A model generated the notes under the pieces. It worked only from the letters and a program-made list of their open reading frames with translations. It was not told where the DNA came from and did no database searches. A stretch of 64,000 bases of DNA, taken from Methanobacteriota archaeon (lineage in GTDB: Archaea > Thermoplasmatota > Poseidoniia > Poseidoniales > Thalassarchaeaceae). This document shows positions 17,182-27,135 of this stretch, piece after piece; position 1 is the stretch's first letter; every line of letters begins with the position of its first letter. The stretch spans positions 765 to 64,764 of the forward strand of contig PSPW01000001.1 of NCBI GenBank assembly GCA_004195615.1, written 5' to 3'. Position numbers and translations under genes: made by a program.

Positions 17182-19361
17182 CAGAATCTACCATCCATCT
17201 CGTTGAAAATTGCCACGACCTCGTGGTGATTGTCCACCGATGAGTTGAACTGCTTGGGCATCTTTCCTATTCCTGCTGGTGGAGCCACCATCCCCAGCAT
17301 TCCGTTGAACACATTTCCACCTGTCCTGGTGAATCCAAAGACCATCCGTGCAGTTACTCCTGAGAAGAGGTTTCCAAGAAGTGCGAATGGACCCAGTGCC
17401 TGGCGATAGATCACTGTGTCGTTGACCATTCCGCTGCTCTTCACCGTCCAAGTGTACCACCACACGTGCTTGCCGTGTTTTCCGTTGAAGCCGTCTCCCG
17501 TTAGTACCGAGTTCTTTACCTCCAAAAGGGCCTCGGAGACAGCGCTTGGTACTGAGGATTGGCGCTTAATCGGAGCTAGGTCGGTTTCAGCCTTAATTCC
17601 ATTAGGAGAGGATAGTAATCTGTCTATTTCCTCTCCCTTCGAGGGAGAGGTCCGAGGATCGTTTCTCCTAGACCAAGATGATGCGATGACGGCTGGTCCT
17701 AGGTATCCGTTTGCGTGAGGGACGGCATCTGAGCTGGAATGGAGGATGTTCTGGCTACCGAAGTCTCTCATCGAGTGTATTCTCGCAGCTACTGCTGGAT
17801 CCATTGTCCCCATTGTCCCCTGTGGGGTATGTGCCCCTTCCCTTGTGGCGGCGACCATCCATGGATCGCTGGATTCCCTCTTCCTTTCTAGAGACCATGG
17901 GTCTATGGCTAAATCTCTGATTACTTCGAATCCGGGAAGGGGTTCGATTCTCAGAGAGATTGCCCCCTCTCTCATTGGTGCGACGGAATCTATCCGGGAC
18001 AGACCCGGTAATATCAGCCGGCCATTCACCGAAATGGCGGTGTTTGAATCATCTGCTGAGCCGTCACGGAATGTTAGAGACCCATCTTGAGATGACTTGA
18101 GTGTTCTCAGAACTTCAAGGACCGACATGTGCCCATGCAGTGAGCATATCCACGTGTCCGTGCCGGTGCTGGAAGTCTCTGGGTCGTACCTGAAGACAGT
18201 AACCCCGACCTGCACTGGTTCGGATCTAATCTTGGGTAGCGAAAACCCATCATCTCCCTCTGCTCCAGCTGAAGAGCCACTCACGTACATCTTGATCGAA
18301 TCCACCATTTCCTCGTGGAATTGCCCAGTGCTATCCACAGCAGCGAGAGCCGGGAGTGCTTCCAAGGTCCACTCCGCTGCGGGTGCATCGTAGTCAACGT
18401 CACAGTCCAGGCGAACTATGATGCGGGTCGCTCCGAGTCCCTCGAAACGGCCGTCCCAGTCCTTCCCGGACTGGCAGAAGAACTCGTAGCTCGTGTCGCC
18501 TAGTGCGCATATTGCGAAGTGGGTCCCTTCGAGCCGGGATGCTGAGTCGGAGATTGCGAATTGCCACAGATCCTCTGCGTTGTCGGGCATCTCGCCCTCC
18601 CCCCAAGTGGAGCAGATGATCATCACACGCTTCTTCCCCGATAGGGAGTTGAAGTCGAATCCATCCATATCGTGGACCTCCCCTACTAGGCCGTAGGACT
18701 TTGCATCCTTCGATATCTTCGCAGCGAGTTCCTCGGAGTTGCCAGATTGAGATCCGAATAGTATCACTAGTGATCGGTCTCCCGAGGAAATTAGCCCTTC
18801 CAAGTCACCGCTTGCCGTTTCATCCTGAGCTTTCTCTGATCCTGTTTCCTCCGAGGACTCCTCGGATTCTACAGATGTCTCTGCTGGCGAGAGAGCTTTC
18901 CCTCCGGCTCCTGCAGAGGCGATGAGTGTCAGAGCATTGGTGGTGAATTCTGCAGCTGGATCATCGTATTCAACATCGCAGTCGACTCGTTCGAGAAGTC
19001 TGGTTGCTCCCTGCTTCTCGAACCATCCGTCCCAGTCCTTCCCGGACTGGCAGAAGAACTCGTAGCTGGTATCGCCCAGTGCGCATACTGCAAAGTTGCA
19101 GCCAGACAAAGAAGGAGGAGAGTCCCCGTTTGCTGCTTCCCAGAGATCAACGGCGTTGTCGGGCATCTCGCCCTCCCCCCATGTGCTACAAAAAATCAGG
19201 ACGTTTTTAGCTCCGTCTAGATCTCCAATTTCCATTTCTTCCATCCCCTTTACCGAAGGTGACAGACCTAGAGATTTCGCCTGTTTCTCGGCTATGCTTG
19301 CTAGGTCTTCTGAGTTACCTGACTCGGAACCGAAGAGTATCAACAGAGTGGGGGCGGACAA
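17181..19361 (-). CDS. Fusion protein: two flavodoxin-like domains, a cysteine-free SdhB/FrdB-like domain and a 105-aa hydrophobic tail
   Basis: TTG start with AGGTGAT upstream. Flavodoxin motifs occur twice (ILFGS(E/Q)SGNSE, CSTWGEGEMPDNA, CALGDTSYEFFCQSGKDWDG). The SdhB-like part has VFRYDPE, IEPLPGFEVIRDLAIDPW and YLGPAVIASSWSRRNDPR. Confidence 0.75.
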   Translation of the reverse strand: MSAPTLLILFGSESGNSEDLASIAEKQAKSLGLSPSVKGMEEMEIGDLDGAKNVLIFCSTWGEGEMPDNAVDLWEAANGDSPPSLSGCNFAVCALGDTSYEFFCQSGKDWDGWFEKQGATRLLERVDCDVEYDDPAAEFTTNALTLIASAGAGGKALSPAETSVESEESSEETGSEKAQDETASGDLEGLISSGDRSLVILFGSQSGNSEELAAKISKDAKSYGLVGEVHDMDGFDFNSLSGKKRVMIICSTWGEGEMPDNAEDLWQFAISDSASRLEGTHFAICALGDTSYEFFCQSGKDWDGRFEGLGATRIIVRLDCDVDYDAPAAEWTLEALPALAAVDSTGQFHEEMVDSIKMYVSGSSAGAEGDDGFSLPKIRSEPVQVGVTVFRYDPETSSTGTDTWICSLHGHMSVLEVLRTLKSSQDGSLTFRDGSADDSNTAISVNGRLILPGLSRIDSVAPMREGAISLRIEPLPGFEVIRDLAIDPWSLERKRESSDPWMVAATREGAHTPQGTMGTMDPAVAARIHSMRDFGSQNILHSSSDAVPHANGYLGPAVIASSWSRRNDPRTSPSKGEEIDRLLSSPNGIKAETDLAPIKRQSSVPSAVSEALLEVKNSVLTGDGFNGKHGKHVWWYTWTVKSSGMVNDTVIYRQALGPFALLGNLFSGVTARMVFGFTRTGGNVFNGMLGMVAPPAGIGKMPKQFNSSVDNHHEVVAIFNEMDGRF
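18453..18520. repeat. Near-identical 68-nt DNA segment shared by the two flavodoxin domains (copy B)
   Basis: gtcccagtccttcccggactggcagaagaactcgtagct... matches 19029-19096 with only a few mismatches. Confidence 0.85.
19029..19096. repeat. Near-identical 68-nt DNA segment shared by the two flavodoxin domains (copy A)
   Basis: See 18453-18520. A second shared block gttgtcgggcatctcgccctcccccca occurs near 18575 and 19155. Confidence 0.85.
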
Positions 19362-19464
19362 GACATCACCTACCCAGTCTTGGCTGGGTATTCACCTCGA
19401 CCATAATCAGATTATTGAATATGCGCATCGGTCAAGGTGTTGACAGTGCCGAAAACTGGTCCGG

Positions 19465-21072
19465 TCACATGTCCATTGCATCGAAGTCTTCGGGCATTGG
19501 TCCAGCTCCCTTGCTGGAAATGACATCATCTATCCTCAGAATCATCACAGCAGTCTCAGAAGCACTCTGGATCGCCTGCTCGACCACACGGCTAGGCTCG
19601 AAGACCTTGGCCTTGGCCATGTCCACTACGCCGCCCTTGTAGACGTTCACCCCGTAGGTTGACTTGCCCTCGGAATGGGCCTTCCTCAGATCGATGATGG
19701 TATTTACGGGGTCGAGGCCGGCATTCTCGGCGAGAGTCCGTGGGATTACCTCCAGGGCACTGGAGAATGCCTCAATCGCCATCTGCTCCCTACCCCCTGT
19801 TGACTCTGCGAATAATCTAAGATCTCTGCTAAGTGCAGCGATTACTGAACCGCCGCCAGTGAGTACGACCCCATCCTCATGGGCCACAGCGACCACGCCA
19901 ATGGCATCCTCGAAGGCTCTCTTCACCTCATCTACTACGTGCTCCGTCCCTCCTCTTAGGAGGACAGAGACGCTCTTGGCTTGTGGGCATCCTTCCACGA
20001 ACACCATGTCGGAGTCTCCAATCTTCCTCTCCTCTACCTTTGAAGCGATGCCGAGATCCTCTTCAGAAAGATCGTCCAAGTTGTTCACTATCCTGCCGCC
20101 AGTAGCCTTCGATAGGGCCTCCATATCGCTCTTCTTCGCCCTCCGGATTGCAAAAATCCCCGACTTAGACATGTAGTGCTGAGCTAGATCATCGATCCCC
20201 TTCTGGCAGATTACCGTGTTTGCCCCGCTTTCCACAATCTTGTCGACTAGGGTTCGCAAGAATTTCTCCTCCTCATCGAGGAACTGAGAAAGCATGTTCG
20301 GGTCCGTAATCTGAATCTTCGCATCCACCTCGGTCTTCTTGACCTCTATGGCCGAGTTAACCAGTGCTATCTTCGCATTTGTCACGCTCCGAGGCATGCC
20401 ACTGTGAACCCTCTCTTTGTCGAGAATGATGCCGTCCACGAGAGTGCTGTCCTTAATCGAGCCTCCCTGTTTCTTCTGGACCTTGATGTCATCCAAATCA
20501 ACTATTGCACCCTCTGCATCTTCCTGTGCAACAGAGAGAACCGCCTTGACGCTAATGTCCGATAGGAATTCCTTCACAGCACCTGTGCTTTTCCCAGTCA
20601 GAGCTGTCTTGGCCACCTCAGTGAGCATCTTCTGGTCAACTCCTGTCCCATGAGTATCAATCAGCTCAACGGCCTTGTCTGAGGCCAGTCGGAACCCCTC
20701 GCAGATGACTGTCGGATGGACGTTCTGATCCACCAACTCTTCGCTCCTCTTCAGAAGCTCGCCTGCAATCACTACTGCGGTAGTTGTGCCATCGAAGCAG
20801 TGTTGCTCCTGCGTCTTTGCGATTTCGATGATCATCTTAGCTGCCGGATGCTCGATATCCATCTCCTTTAGGATGGTGGCGCCGTCGTTGGTGATGACAA
20901 CATCACCCATTGAGTCTACGAGCATCTTGTCCATGCCCTTCGGACCTAAGGTTGATCTCACAGCGTCGGCGACTGCCTTGGCTGCGGCGATATTGTTGCT
21001 CTGGGCCCCCTTCCCAGTAGTTCTTGTTGTTCCCTCTTTCAGAATGAAGATTGGTTGTTGTCCGTTATACAT
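19465..21072 (-). CDS. ths: Thermosome subunit (group II chaperonin)
   Basis: [55 protein letters not shown]. Confidence 0.95.
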   Translation of the reverse strand: MYNGQQPIFILKEGTTRTTGKGAQSNNIAAAKAVADAVRSTLGPKGMDKMLVDSMGDVVITNDGATILKEMDIEHPAAKMIIEIAKTQEQHCFDGTTTAVVIAGELLKRSEELVDQNVHPTVICEGFRLASDKAVELIDTHGTGVDQKMLTEVAKTALTGKSTGAVKEFLSDISVKAVLSVAQEDAEGAIVDLDDIKVQKKQGGSIKDSTLVDGIILDKERVHSGMPRSVTNAKIALVNSAIEVKKTEVDAKIQITDPNMLSQFLDEEEKFLRTLVDKIVESGANTVICQKGIDDLAQHYMSKSGIFAIRRAKKSDMEALSKATGGRIVNNLDDLSEEDLGIASKVEERKIGDSDMVFVEGCPQAKSVSVLLRGGTEHVVDEVKRAFEDAIGVVAVAHEDGVVLTGGGSVIAALSRDLRLFAESTGGREQMAIEAFSSALEVIPRTLAENAGLDPVNTIIDLRKAHSEGKSTYGVNVYKGGVVDMAKAKVFEPSRVVEQAIQSASETAVMILRIDDVISSKGAGPMPEDFDAMDM

Positions 21073-21156
21073 GCAATCACTCGCCTTAGTTCGACGGACG
21101 GGGCATCAGAGGGGGGGTCATAAGGCCTCCCAATCGGCTTTCAAGCCTATGTAGGA

Positions 21157-24100
21157 CTACTCTTCCTTCTGAGATTCAAGCCACTGCTTTCCGTAGTACT
21201 GCCACTGCTCCATGGTCCACCCCTCTGGGAGTCCGCCTTCTGGAACGGGTGGCTCGGCTGATTCTTGTACAGCTTCAGATGGTTGTTCCATGGAGTTCGA
21301 TGGAGGTGGTGGCTGTTGAAAAAGCTCCTTCGAGCCCCCATACATTGAGTTGGCGATGTCGTCTGCCGATGGGAGTTGGCTGGTATCCTTCTTTTCCCCG
21401 CTCCATCCTTCGACAGTCATGCTGTAATCTCCCAATGATGAGTATTCTTCCAGAGGGGCGCGCGCGCTTCTCAGGACCCTGAAAGAGGAGAATAGGACCA
21501 CACCCATAATCGCCATACCAATTGCGACCAGGACAAAGTTGGCAGCGAGCCAGCCGACTTCCTTAACGTCCGTCCCTTCCGGAATGGGATCAGGCTTGTA
21601 GAGTGTGATCTGGGCCGTCTTTTTTGTCGTGTCCAAATCGCTGATTACGACTAGTGAGACATTGAAGTTGACGATGTTGGCTTCAAGGTTCTCCAGATTC
21701 TCGTCCCTGACATCAATATGGATGGTGACGTTCCTACTCTCCCCGGCAGACAGAATGAAGTTTCGGTCATCTTCGTCTACTCTTGCATCGTAGACTGTCC
21801 AGAGGTTGTCCAACTCGACATCTGCTCGTATCTGCTGTTCCAATTCTGGATGGGCGCTACGAATGGTGAAAACTAGAATGTAGTCGTCGCCTGATTCAGA
21901 TATTTCTGCCGCATTTGACTGTGAAGAGGGGGGGAGCACCAGGAGGAAACCGACCGTTCCCACCTCGAATCTTGCTTCGCCCTCTGCGGAGTTTCCTGAT
22001 TCGATGCTAGTGGCCCTAAGTTTGATTATCCGAGGACCCTCCACCCCGGCAGCGAAAGAGTAGCTCACGCTGAGGTTGTAATCCTCCCCGGGGGCTATGT
22101 ATGGCGTCCGCCCATCGGATAGGCCGGCTACGAAGGCAGTTACGTCTGATGGGAAATCTAGCTCTATTTCGAAGGCATCGTCCTCGTTTCCTGTATTGGA
22201 AATCTTCCACTTGAGGGTTCGTGGGTCGGTACCTGCAGCGAAGACCTCCTGAGAAAGGTCCCTGTCTTCGACTTCTACCAGGTATGTCTTTGGAACCGTG
22301 AGGTAGAAATTGGAGACAGACTGGTAACTAGGATTCGATTGACTGGTACCGATAATGGAAACCCTGTAAGTTCCGTTTTCTACCCCTTCAGGCATGGGTA
22401 AAATCAGTGAAAGAGTGATCTGTCCACCATTGGCCTCCAGAGTAACTTCTTCGGAACTGATATCAGCTTCTAGCTTCCAGTTATCAGTATCCACTCTGAT
22501 GTCGAAGGTATCCTCTGTGTTTCCGTAATTGAACAGGAAGACCTGAACTACCTGTAACTGGCCGTCAGCGGGAGCTAGCAACGCATTCTTCACTGGTGCG
22601 ATTGCTAAGTCATAGTACACCGGCACCTCGATATAAATTTTCGATTCGGCTTGGAATGTATTTGGTAGGCTAGGGTTTGCTCGAAGGTTCAACTCATATG
22701 TTCCCGGCTCCATCCCCTCTGGGATGGTAACTTCCACATTCAAAGACGCCTCTTCGACTGGAAGCATGTTGATGGTTGAGACCTCGCCTCCCCCGACCTC
22801 GTACCACTTTACATTGTCAGTGGAAAGTTTTCCTTCTAGCAAAGGATTAGGGAAGATTCCCCCGAGGCTCCACGAGGAGTACTGGTTTCCTGTATTCTTC
22901 AAGTCCATCGTTATGTTTGCTTTGCCTCCAGGCAATATTATTGCCGCTGGGTTTGCTAGTGTCTCTTGTTTCAGAGTCATCCTATATGTCGATTCGACGC
23001 TAACGGGAAGCTCGACGAAGTACTTCGTATCTTGGAAACCGAGGATTCCATCATTGATCCAAGTGTACCAGAACAGATCCTGAACCGGAGCTCCGTCAGG
23101 GATTGTCAGGTTGAACCATGCATTGGTGTATGTCCTGGCCTTGATTGTGTTTGTCTTAACCTCGTTATCGTGGTCATTGAAGTTGTTTGAGTCGATTCTG
23201 AGGGGGAATTGAGACATCCAAGAACTGTTTGAAACCTCGGTGAAGAATCTGAGAGTGGTGTCGATGTAACCCTTGTTGAAGATACGGCAGTGCAAAGACG
23301 GAGAGTTGGGGTCCGCCGCTTCGACGAGGATGGTATTGCCGCCCTCGGACTCGGGGTCGTAGACTGTCGAACCACCGAAATTGTCGGGGAAGTTGCACTG
23401 GGCGTCCAGGGTGTACTCCTCTCCGCGTTCTATAGCGAAAATGATGAATGAATCGATGTTGATTCCCTCATCGGAATAGGAGGAATTTGAACGGAAAAGG
23501 AAGGATACCGTGAAGCCTTCATTCTGGTGCATCCCGGTAGCATTCCAGACTAGCCTATTCCAGTTCCCCTCGGATGTGGATAGATTGCGTGAAGAGTAAT
23601 TCAGATACTCCACCCCCCCACCTGCTCCAGAGTCTGTCTCGAGCATGATGGTGTCGCCAGCACCCATTTGCCCCCAAGCGTCAGTTGCAATCTGTATCGA
23701 ATAGAGCAGTGGGCTATTCACCTTCACTAAGCAGAGATTTGCCCCGTGGATTGAGGACACAATGGGGTCGTGCTCCCCATAACCAAGACCATGACTATCA
23801 TCGTAGACCTGATCGGAGCATCCGTCGTTCGAGTTGTATCGTTGCCATGCCCACTTGAGTCTGTCGTATCGGTTCGAGGCATAGTTGTCGTTCTCGCCTG
23901 AGATCTTCCAATGCCAATCCCCTGTAGCACTGGATTGGTTGTCCATCCTCCATGTTCCAGTTGGGAAATTGTTTGTGTCAGGCTGGTAGCCGTCAGTGTA
24001 TCCGGCGGCGAACCACGTTGGTTCTCCGAAAGGCACTGCGTTATTCGTGCAGTACTTGCCCTCATTGGCCTCATCATTACAGAAACCATTCTCCATAGGG

Positions 24101-24699
24101 TCATACCAGAAGGCTATGGGTACATCCCGATCTAGAATGTCATTTGAGTCGTCGCCATCGATTCCAATTCCTGCATCAACAATCCCCCTGAATGTCACGC
24201 CACCGGTTAGCCACCCATCATCGCTGAGTGTGCTATGAGCAATCGAAGGAGTCCAGACGAAAGGCATTCTAATCGACTGCCCGGCGGCCAGAGTAATGTT
24301 GAATGTCCACTCTTGGATTATTGTTCCAATGGGATGCCAAATCTCTAGTTTGGCGTCTGCGGTTACTGGTGAAGGGTCGACACCTACTTGACGGAATGTG
24401 ACATTTACCTGAATTGACTCTCCCTTAGTCATGTACTCGAGTGTGCTAGAGTCAGGCTGGTCCCATACTCTTGGAGAATAGCTTGAGTTTCCAATCTCGA
24501 TCCCTGTAACTTCAAAATCGACGGGATTGTTCTTGGGGCCTACTTCTGATTGCTTTGAAGGGGCATCAGGAGCCTGAATTATGACATTAGAAAGACTCAC
24601 CGCAATAAGCAGCGAGGAAAGAAGGAGTGCGCGAATCGAACTCATTGACACCAAATTGGGGAAATAAACTGTGTAAGAAGGTTGGGGAGTGTGGTTCAT
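21157..24699 (-). CDS. Giant C-terminally anchored surface (S-layer/adhesin-like) protein
   Basis: 1180 aa. Signal peptide MSSIRALLLSSLLIAVSL (probable start 24645). Repeated CARDB/NEW3-like motifs (FNYGNTEDTFDIRVD, SNTGNEDDAFEIELD, KNTGNQYSSW). Many N-x-S/T sequons. One C-terminal TM (LAANFVLVAIGMAIMGVVLF) followed by a Pro/acidic tail. Confidence 0.7.
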   Translation of the reverse strand: MNHTPQPSYTVYFPNLVSMSSIRALLLSSLLIAVSLSNVIIQAPDAPSKQSEVGPKNNPVDFEVTGIEIGNSSYSPRVWDQPDSSTLEYMTKGESIQVNVTFRQVGVDPSPVTADAKLEIWHPIGTIIQEWTFNITLAAGQSIRMPFVWTPSIAHSTLSDDGWLTGGVTFRGIVDAGIGIDGDDSNDILDRDVPIAFWYDPMENGFCNDEANEGKYCTNNAVPFGEPTWFAAGYTDGYQPDTNNFPTGTWRMDNQSSATGDWHWKISGENDNYASNRYDRLKWAWQRYNSNDGCSDQVYDDSHGLGYGEHDPIVSSIHGANLCLVKVNSPLLYSIQIATDAWGQMGAGDTIMLETDSGAGGGVEYLNYSSRNLSTSEGNWNRLVWNATGMHQNEGFTVSFLFRSNSSYSDEGINIDSFIIFAIERGEEYTLDAQCNFPDNFGGSTVYDPESEGGNTILVEAADPNSPSLHCRIFNKGYIDTTLRFFTEVSNSSWMSQFPLRIDSNNFNDHDNEVKTNTIKARTYTNAWFNLTIPDGAPVQDLFWYTWINDGILGFQDTKYFVELPVSVESTYRMTLKQETLANPAAIILPGGKANITMDLKNTGNQYSSWSLGGIFPNPLLEGKLSTDNVKWYEVGGGEVSTINMLPVEEASLNVEVTIPEGMEPGTYELNLRANPSLPNTFQAESKIYIEVPVYYDLAIAPVKNALLAPADGQLQVVQVFLFNYGNTEDTFDIRVDTDNWKLEADISSEEVTLEANGGQITLSLILPMPEGVENGTYRVSIIGTSQSNPSYQSVSNFYLTVPKTYLVEVEDRDLSQEVFAAGTDPRTLKWKISNTGNEDDAFEIELDFPSDVTAFVAGLSDGRTPYIAPGEDYNLSVSYSFAAGVEGPRIIKLRATSIESGNSAEGEARFEVGTVGFLLVLPPSSQSNAAEISESGDDYILVFTIRSAHPELEQQIRADVELDNLWTVYDARVDEDDRNFILSAGESRNVTIHIDVRDENLENLEANIVNFNVSLVVISDLDTTKKTAQITLYKPDPIPEGTDVKEVGWLAANFVLVAIGMAIMGVVLFSSFRVLRSARAPLEEYSSLGDYSMTVEGWSGEKKDTSQLPSADDIANSMYGGSKELFQQPPPPSNSMEQPSEAVQESAEPPVPEGGLPEGWTMEQWQYYGKQWLESQKEE

Positions 24700-24800
24700 T
24701 TGGCATGATGTGGCGGTGGGGCGATTTCAGTACGCTAACGAGTCTTGTCGTGTTAGCTTTGAATGAAGTGCTTATGGTGCAATGCAGAACCGTAGATGAT

Positions 24801-25889
24801 ATGGCTGAGCGGGGAAAGGTGACCAAACAGTTAGCCCTAGTTCTGATGGTGATTTTACAAATCACGATGGCCCCCATAGTCCTCTTCTCTCTAACATACC
24901 TAATCCAAGTTGATTATGAGGCGGCGCAGATCAGCATCAGGACAGAGTTGATCCATTGGGTAGTCACTGCGGGATTGTCATATGGTGTGATTTCTATAGT
25001 CTTGGCACTGGTAGTAGGCGGTTTTAGGCCCTTCTTCATTGCCAATAATGGAGGTTTCCTGTCTTTTCTCAGGCTGAGTCCCAGAACTGGCGATCCCGAA
25101 TTGGTAGATAGGGCGAGACTGCACCTCCAGGGGACCCCTTATGGCAAGATGGCGAAGCTAGTGCACACGAAAACGAGTGATGGTGAATTCGACCTCATGG
25201 CGGTCCACGGCGGGCTTCAACTACTTGCTGTCCCAATGCAGGTGATTCTGATTGCAGTCCCTCTAGCAATTATGGAAGGTGTGCCTGACTCCATGATCAA
25301 GCCCAGTAGGGCTTTCGATCTTGGCATGGCGGGTTATCTGATTGCCCTCTGGATTGCGGTCAGAGTTCACCCCATCGTCTCATGGCAACTCGTGGGCATA
25401 GCAGCGATGTTCAGAAATGTTATCTGGAGAGTGTCAAGGCTCTCCTGGATTCTGCCGATCTTTCTCTATTGGTTAGTGGCAAGATTGGTGTTGCTCTTCT
25501 CGCTTGACATCCTCAACGTGAACTACGAACAGTGGCATGAGATGCAACTAGAGAGGATTGTACTAGAGATGATTGCGCCGGAAGCAGAAATGCCAGAAAC
25601 TGCGATCCTAGATTTCATCGTGGCGATTTCCGTTCTTCCTATGGCTACCTTCACCACAATTTCCGTCTTGGGTGGGTCGCAGACTATGCCCGAATGGATG
25701 TTCGGGCAAGAAGCCGGTCTAGAGTCACTGAGGACAAAGGAATTGGGGTCGGGGAGTGAGGACTCCATTCGGGAAGAATCGGGTGTGAAGATGCCGGAGG
25801 AGCAAGAGGATGTCGGATTGAACGAAGAGGATACTGAGAAAGAGAGCCGGATGATCGACATGCCATTCGATATTTTCGGAGACGACTAG
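24801..25889 (+). CDS. Polytopic membrane protein, function unknown
   Basis: The track ORF is 24627-25889. I prefer ATG 24801 (MAERGKV) because it leaves a divergent intergenic space. Several hydrophobic helices and an acidic C-terminus. Confidence 0.55.
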   Translation: MAERGKVTKQLALVLMVILQITMAPIVLFSLTYLIQVDYEAAQISIRTELIHWVVTAGLSYGVISIVLALVVGGFRPFFIANNGGFLSFLRLSPRTGDPELVDRARLHLQGTPYGKMAKLVHTKTSDGEFDLMAVHGGLQLLAVPMQVILIAVPLAIMEGVPDSMIKPSRAFDLGMAGYLIALWIAVRVHPIVSWQLVGIAAMFRNVIWRVSRLSWILPIFLYWLVARLVLLFSLDILNVNYEQWHEMQLERIVLEMIAPEAEMPETAILDFIVAISVLPMATFTTISVLGGSQTMPEWMFGQEAGLESLRTKELGSGSEDSIREESGVKMPEEQEDVGLNEEDTEKESRMIDMPFDIFGDD

Positions 25890-25917
25890 GTTTTCTCTTG
25901 GGCATGTGGGCGTGGGC

Positions 25918-27063
25918 TCATCCTCTTAGATCGCTCAGGACTCTTTCAACCCTGTCCATTCCCTTGGAAATGTCTTCCCGGGCAATTGTGTAAGCGAATC
26001 TTAGGTGTCCCTCTCCCGCATCGCCAAATGCAGTCCCTGGTGAGCATAGAACGCCACCCTCGAGAAGCTTTACGGCGATTTCCGCACTGTTCATTCCCGG
26101 GATCTCAACCTTTGGGAAAACATAGAATGCACCGGTAGGGGTGTGACATGAAACTCCCGGTATTGAGTTCAACCTCTCACAAATCAAATCTCGACGAGTC
26201 TTGAACTCGGCGCACATTTCCTCGGGATAGTTTGGGGATTTTACGAGCGCTTCCAGTACTGCATGCTGCATGGCATCATTAGAACATGCAGTTACGTAGT
26301 ATTGCATTTTGGTCAGTTCCCTCATCAAGCCAGGATCCGGAGAAAGGAGGTATCCAATCCTCCAGCCCGTCATAGCGAATGTCTTGGAGAATGATTGGAC
26401 CATCACCAGTTTATCGTAACCAGCCCCGAGGAAAGAGACGTGCGGAGCATCGTAAACAATTCGATCGTAAACCTCGTCTGTGATTAGCCACAGGTCATTT
26501 TCTCTCGCGAATTCGACAAGTTCGTCCCTTTGCTCCTCATTCACATTCCCGCCAGTTGGGTTACTTGGGAAGTTGTACAGTATGGCTACCGTTTTGTCGT
26601 CCACAATCTCCTCCAAGTCTGAGATCGTGGGTACGAAACCGTTCTCGAATTTGCACGGGTAGAATGATGGCTCCCCCCCACATATTACCACATCTGGAGG
26701 ATATAGTGGAAAGTATGGCTCCGGCATCATCACCTTGTCGCCGGGATTTACGATTGCTAGGAAGATGTCCAGCAGAGCATTCGTCCCACTCATAGTGATG
26801 CAGACGTTAGATACGTCCAAAGTTGGGATCCGATGATGCCACATTTCTGCGATCTTTTGCCGGAGCTCGGGCAACCCTGCAGTGGTCGTATACTTGTTTC
26901 TGCCATCCTTCATGGCGCGTGTGAATGCCTCGATTGCAATGTCGGGAGGCTGAAAGTCAGGTTCACCGAGACCGAATTGCACAGCATCGTCTCCTGCCAT
27001 GTCGAACATCCTCCGCACCCCCGTTGGACGAATGCTGTTCGAACGGTCGGAGAATCTCACCAT
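25918..27063 (-). CDS. Class I/II pyridoxal-phosphate aminotransferase (aspartate aminotransferase-like)
   Basis: PLP-lysine motif SFSKTFAMTGWRIGY, plus NFPSNPTG. Confidence 0.9.
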   Translation of the reverse strand: MVRFSDRSNSIRPTGVRRMFDMAGDDAVQFGLGEPDFQPPDIAIEAFTRAMKDGRNKYTTTAGLPELRQKIAEMWHHRIPTLDVSNVCITMSGTNALLDIFLAIVNPGDKVMMPEPYFPLYPPDVVICGGEPSFYPCKFENGFVPTISDLEEIVDDKTVAILYNFPSNPTGGNVNEEQRDELVEFARENDLWLITDEVYDRIVYDAPHVSFLGAGYDKLVMVQSFSKTFAMTGWRIGYLLSPDPGLMRELTKMQYYVTACSNDAMQHAVLEALVKSPNYPEEMCAEFKTRRDLICERLNSIPGVSCHTPTGAFYVFPKVEIPGMNSAEIAVKLLEGGVLCSPGTAFGDAGEGHLRFAYTIAREDISKGMDRVERVLSDLRG

Positions 27064-27135
27064 GACCTGCGGACTTGCGTTCTAGGATTTTAACAAGGCG
27101 GCTCGGAATACGCGGATTCCCAGATTGGAAGTGGA

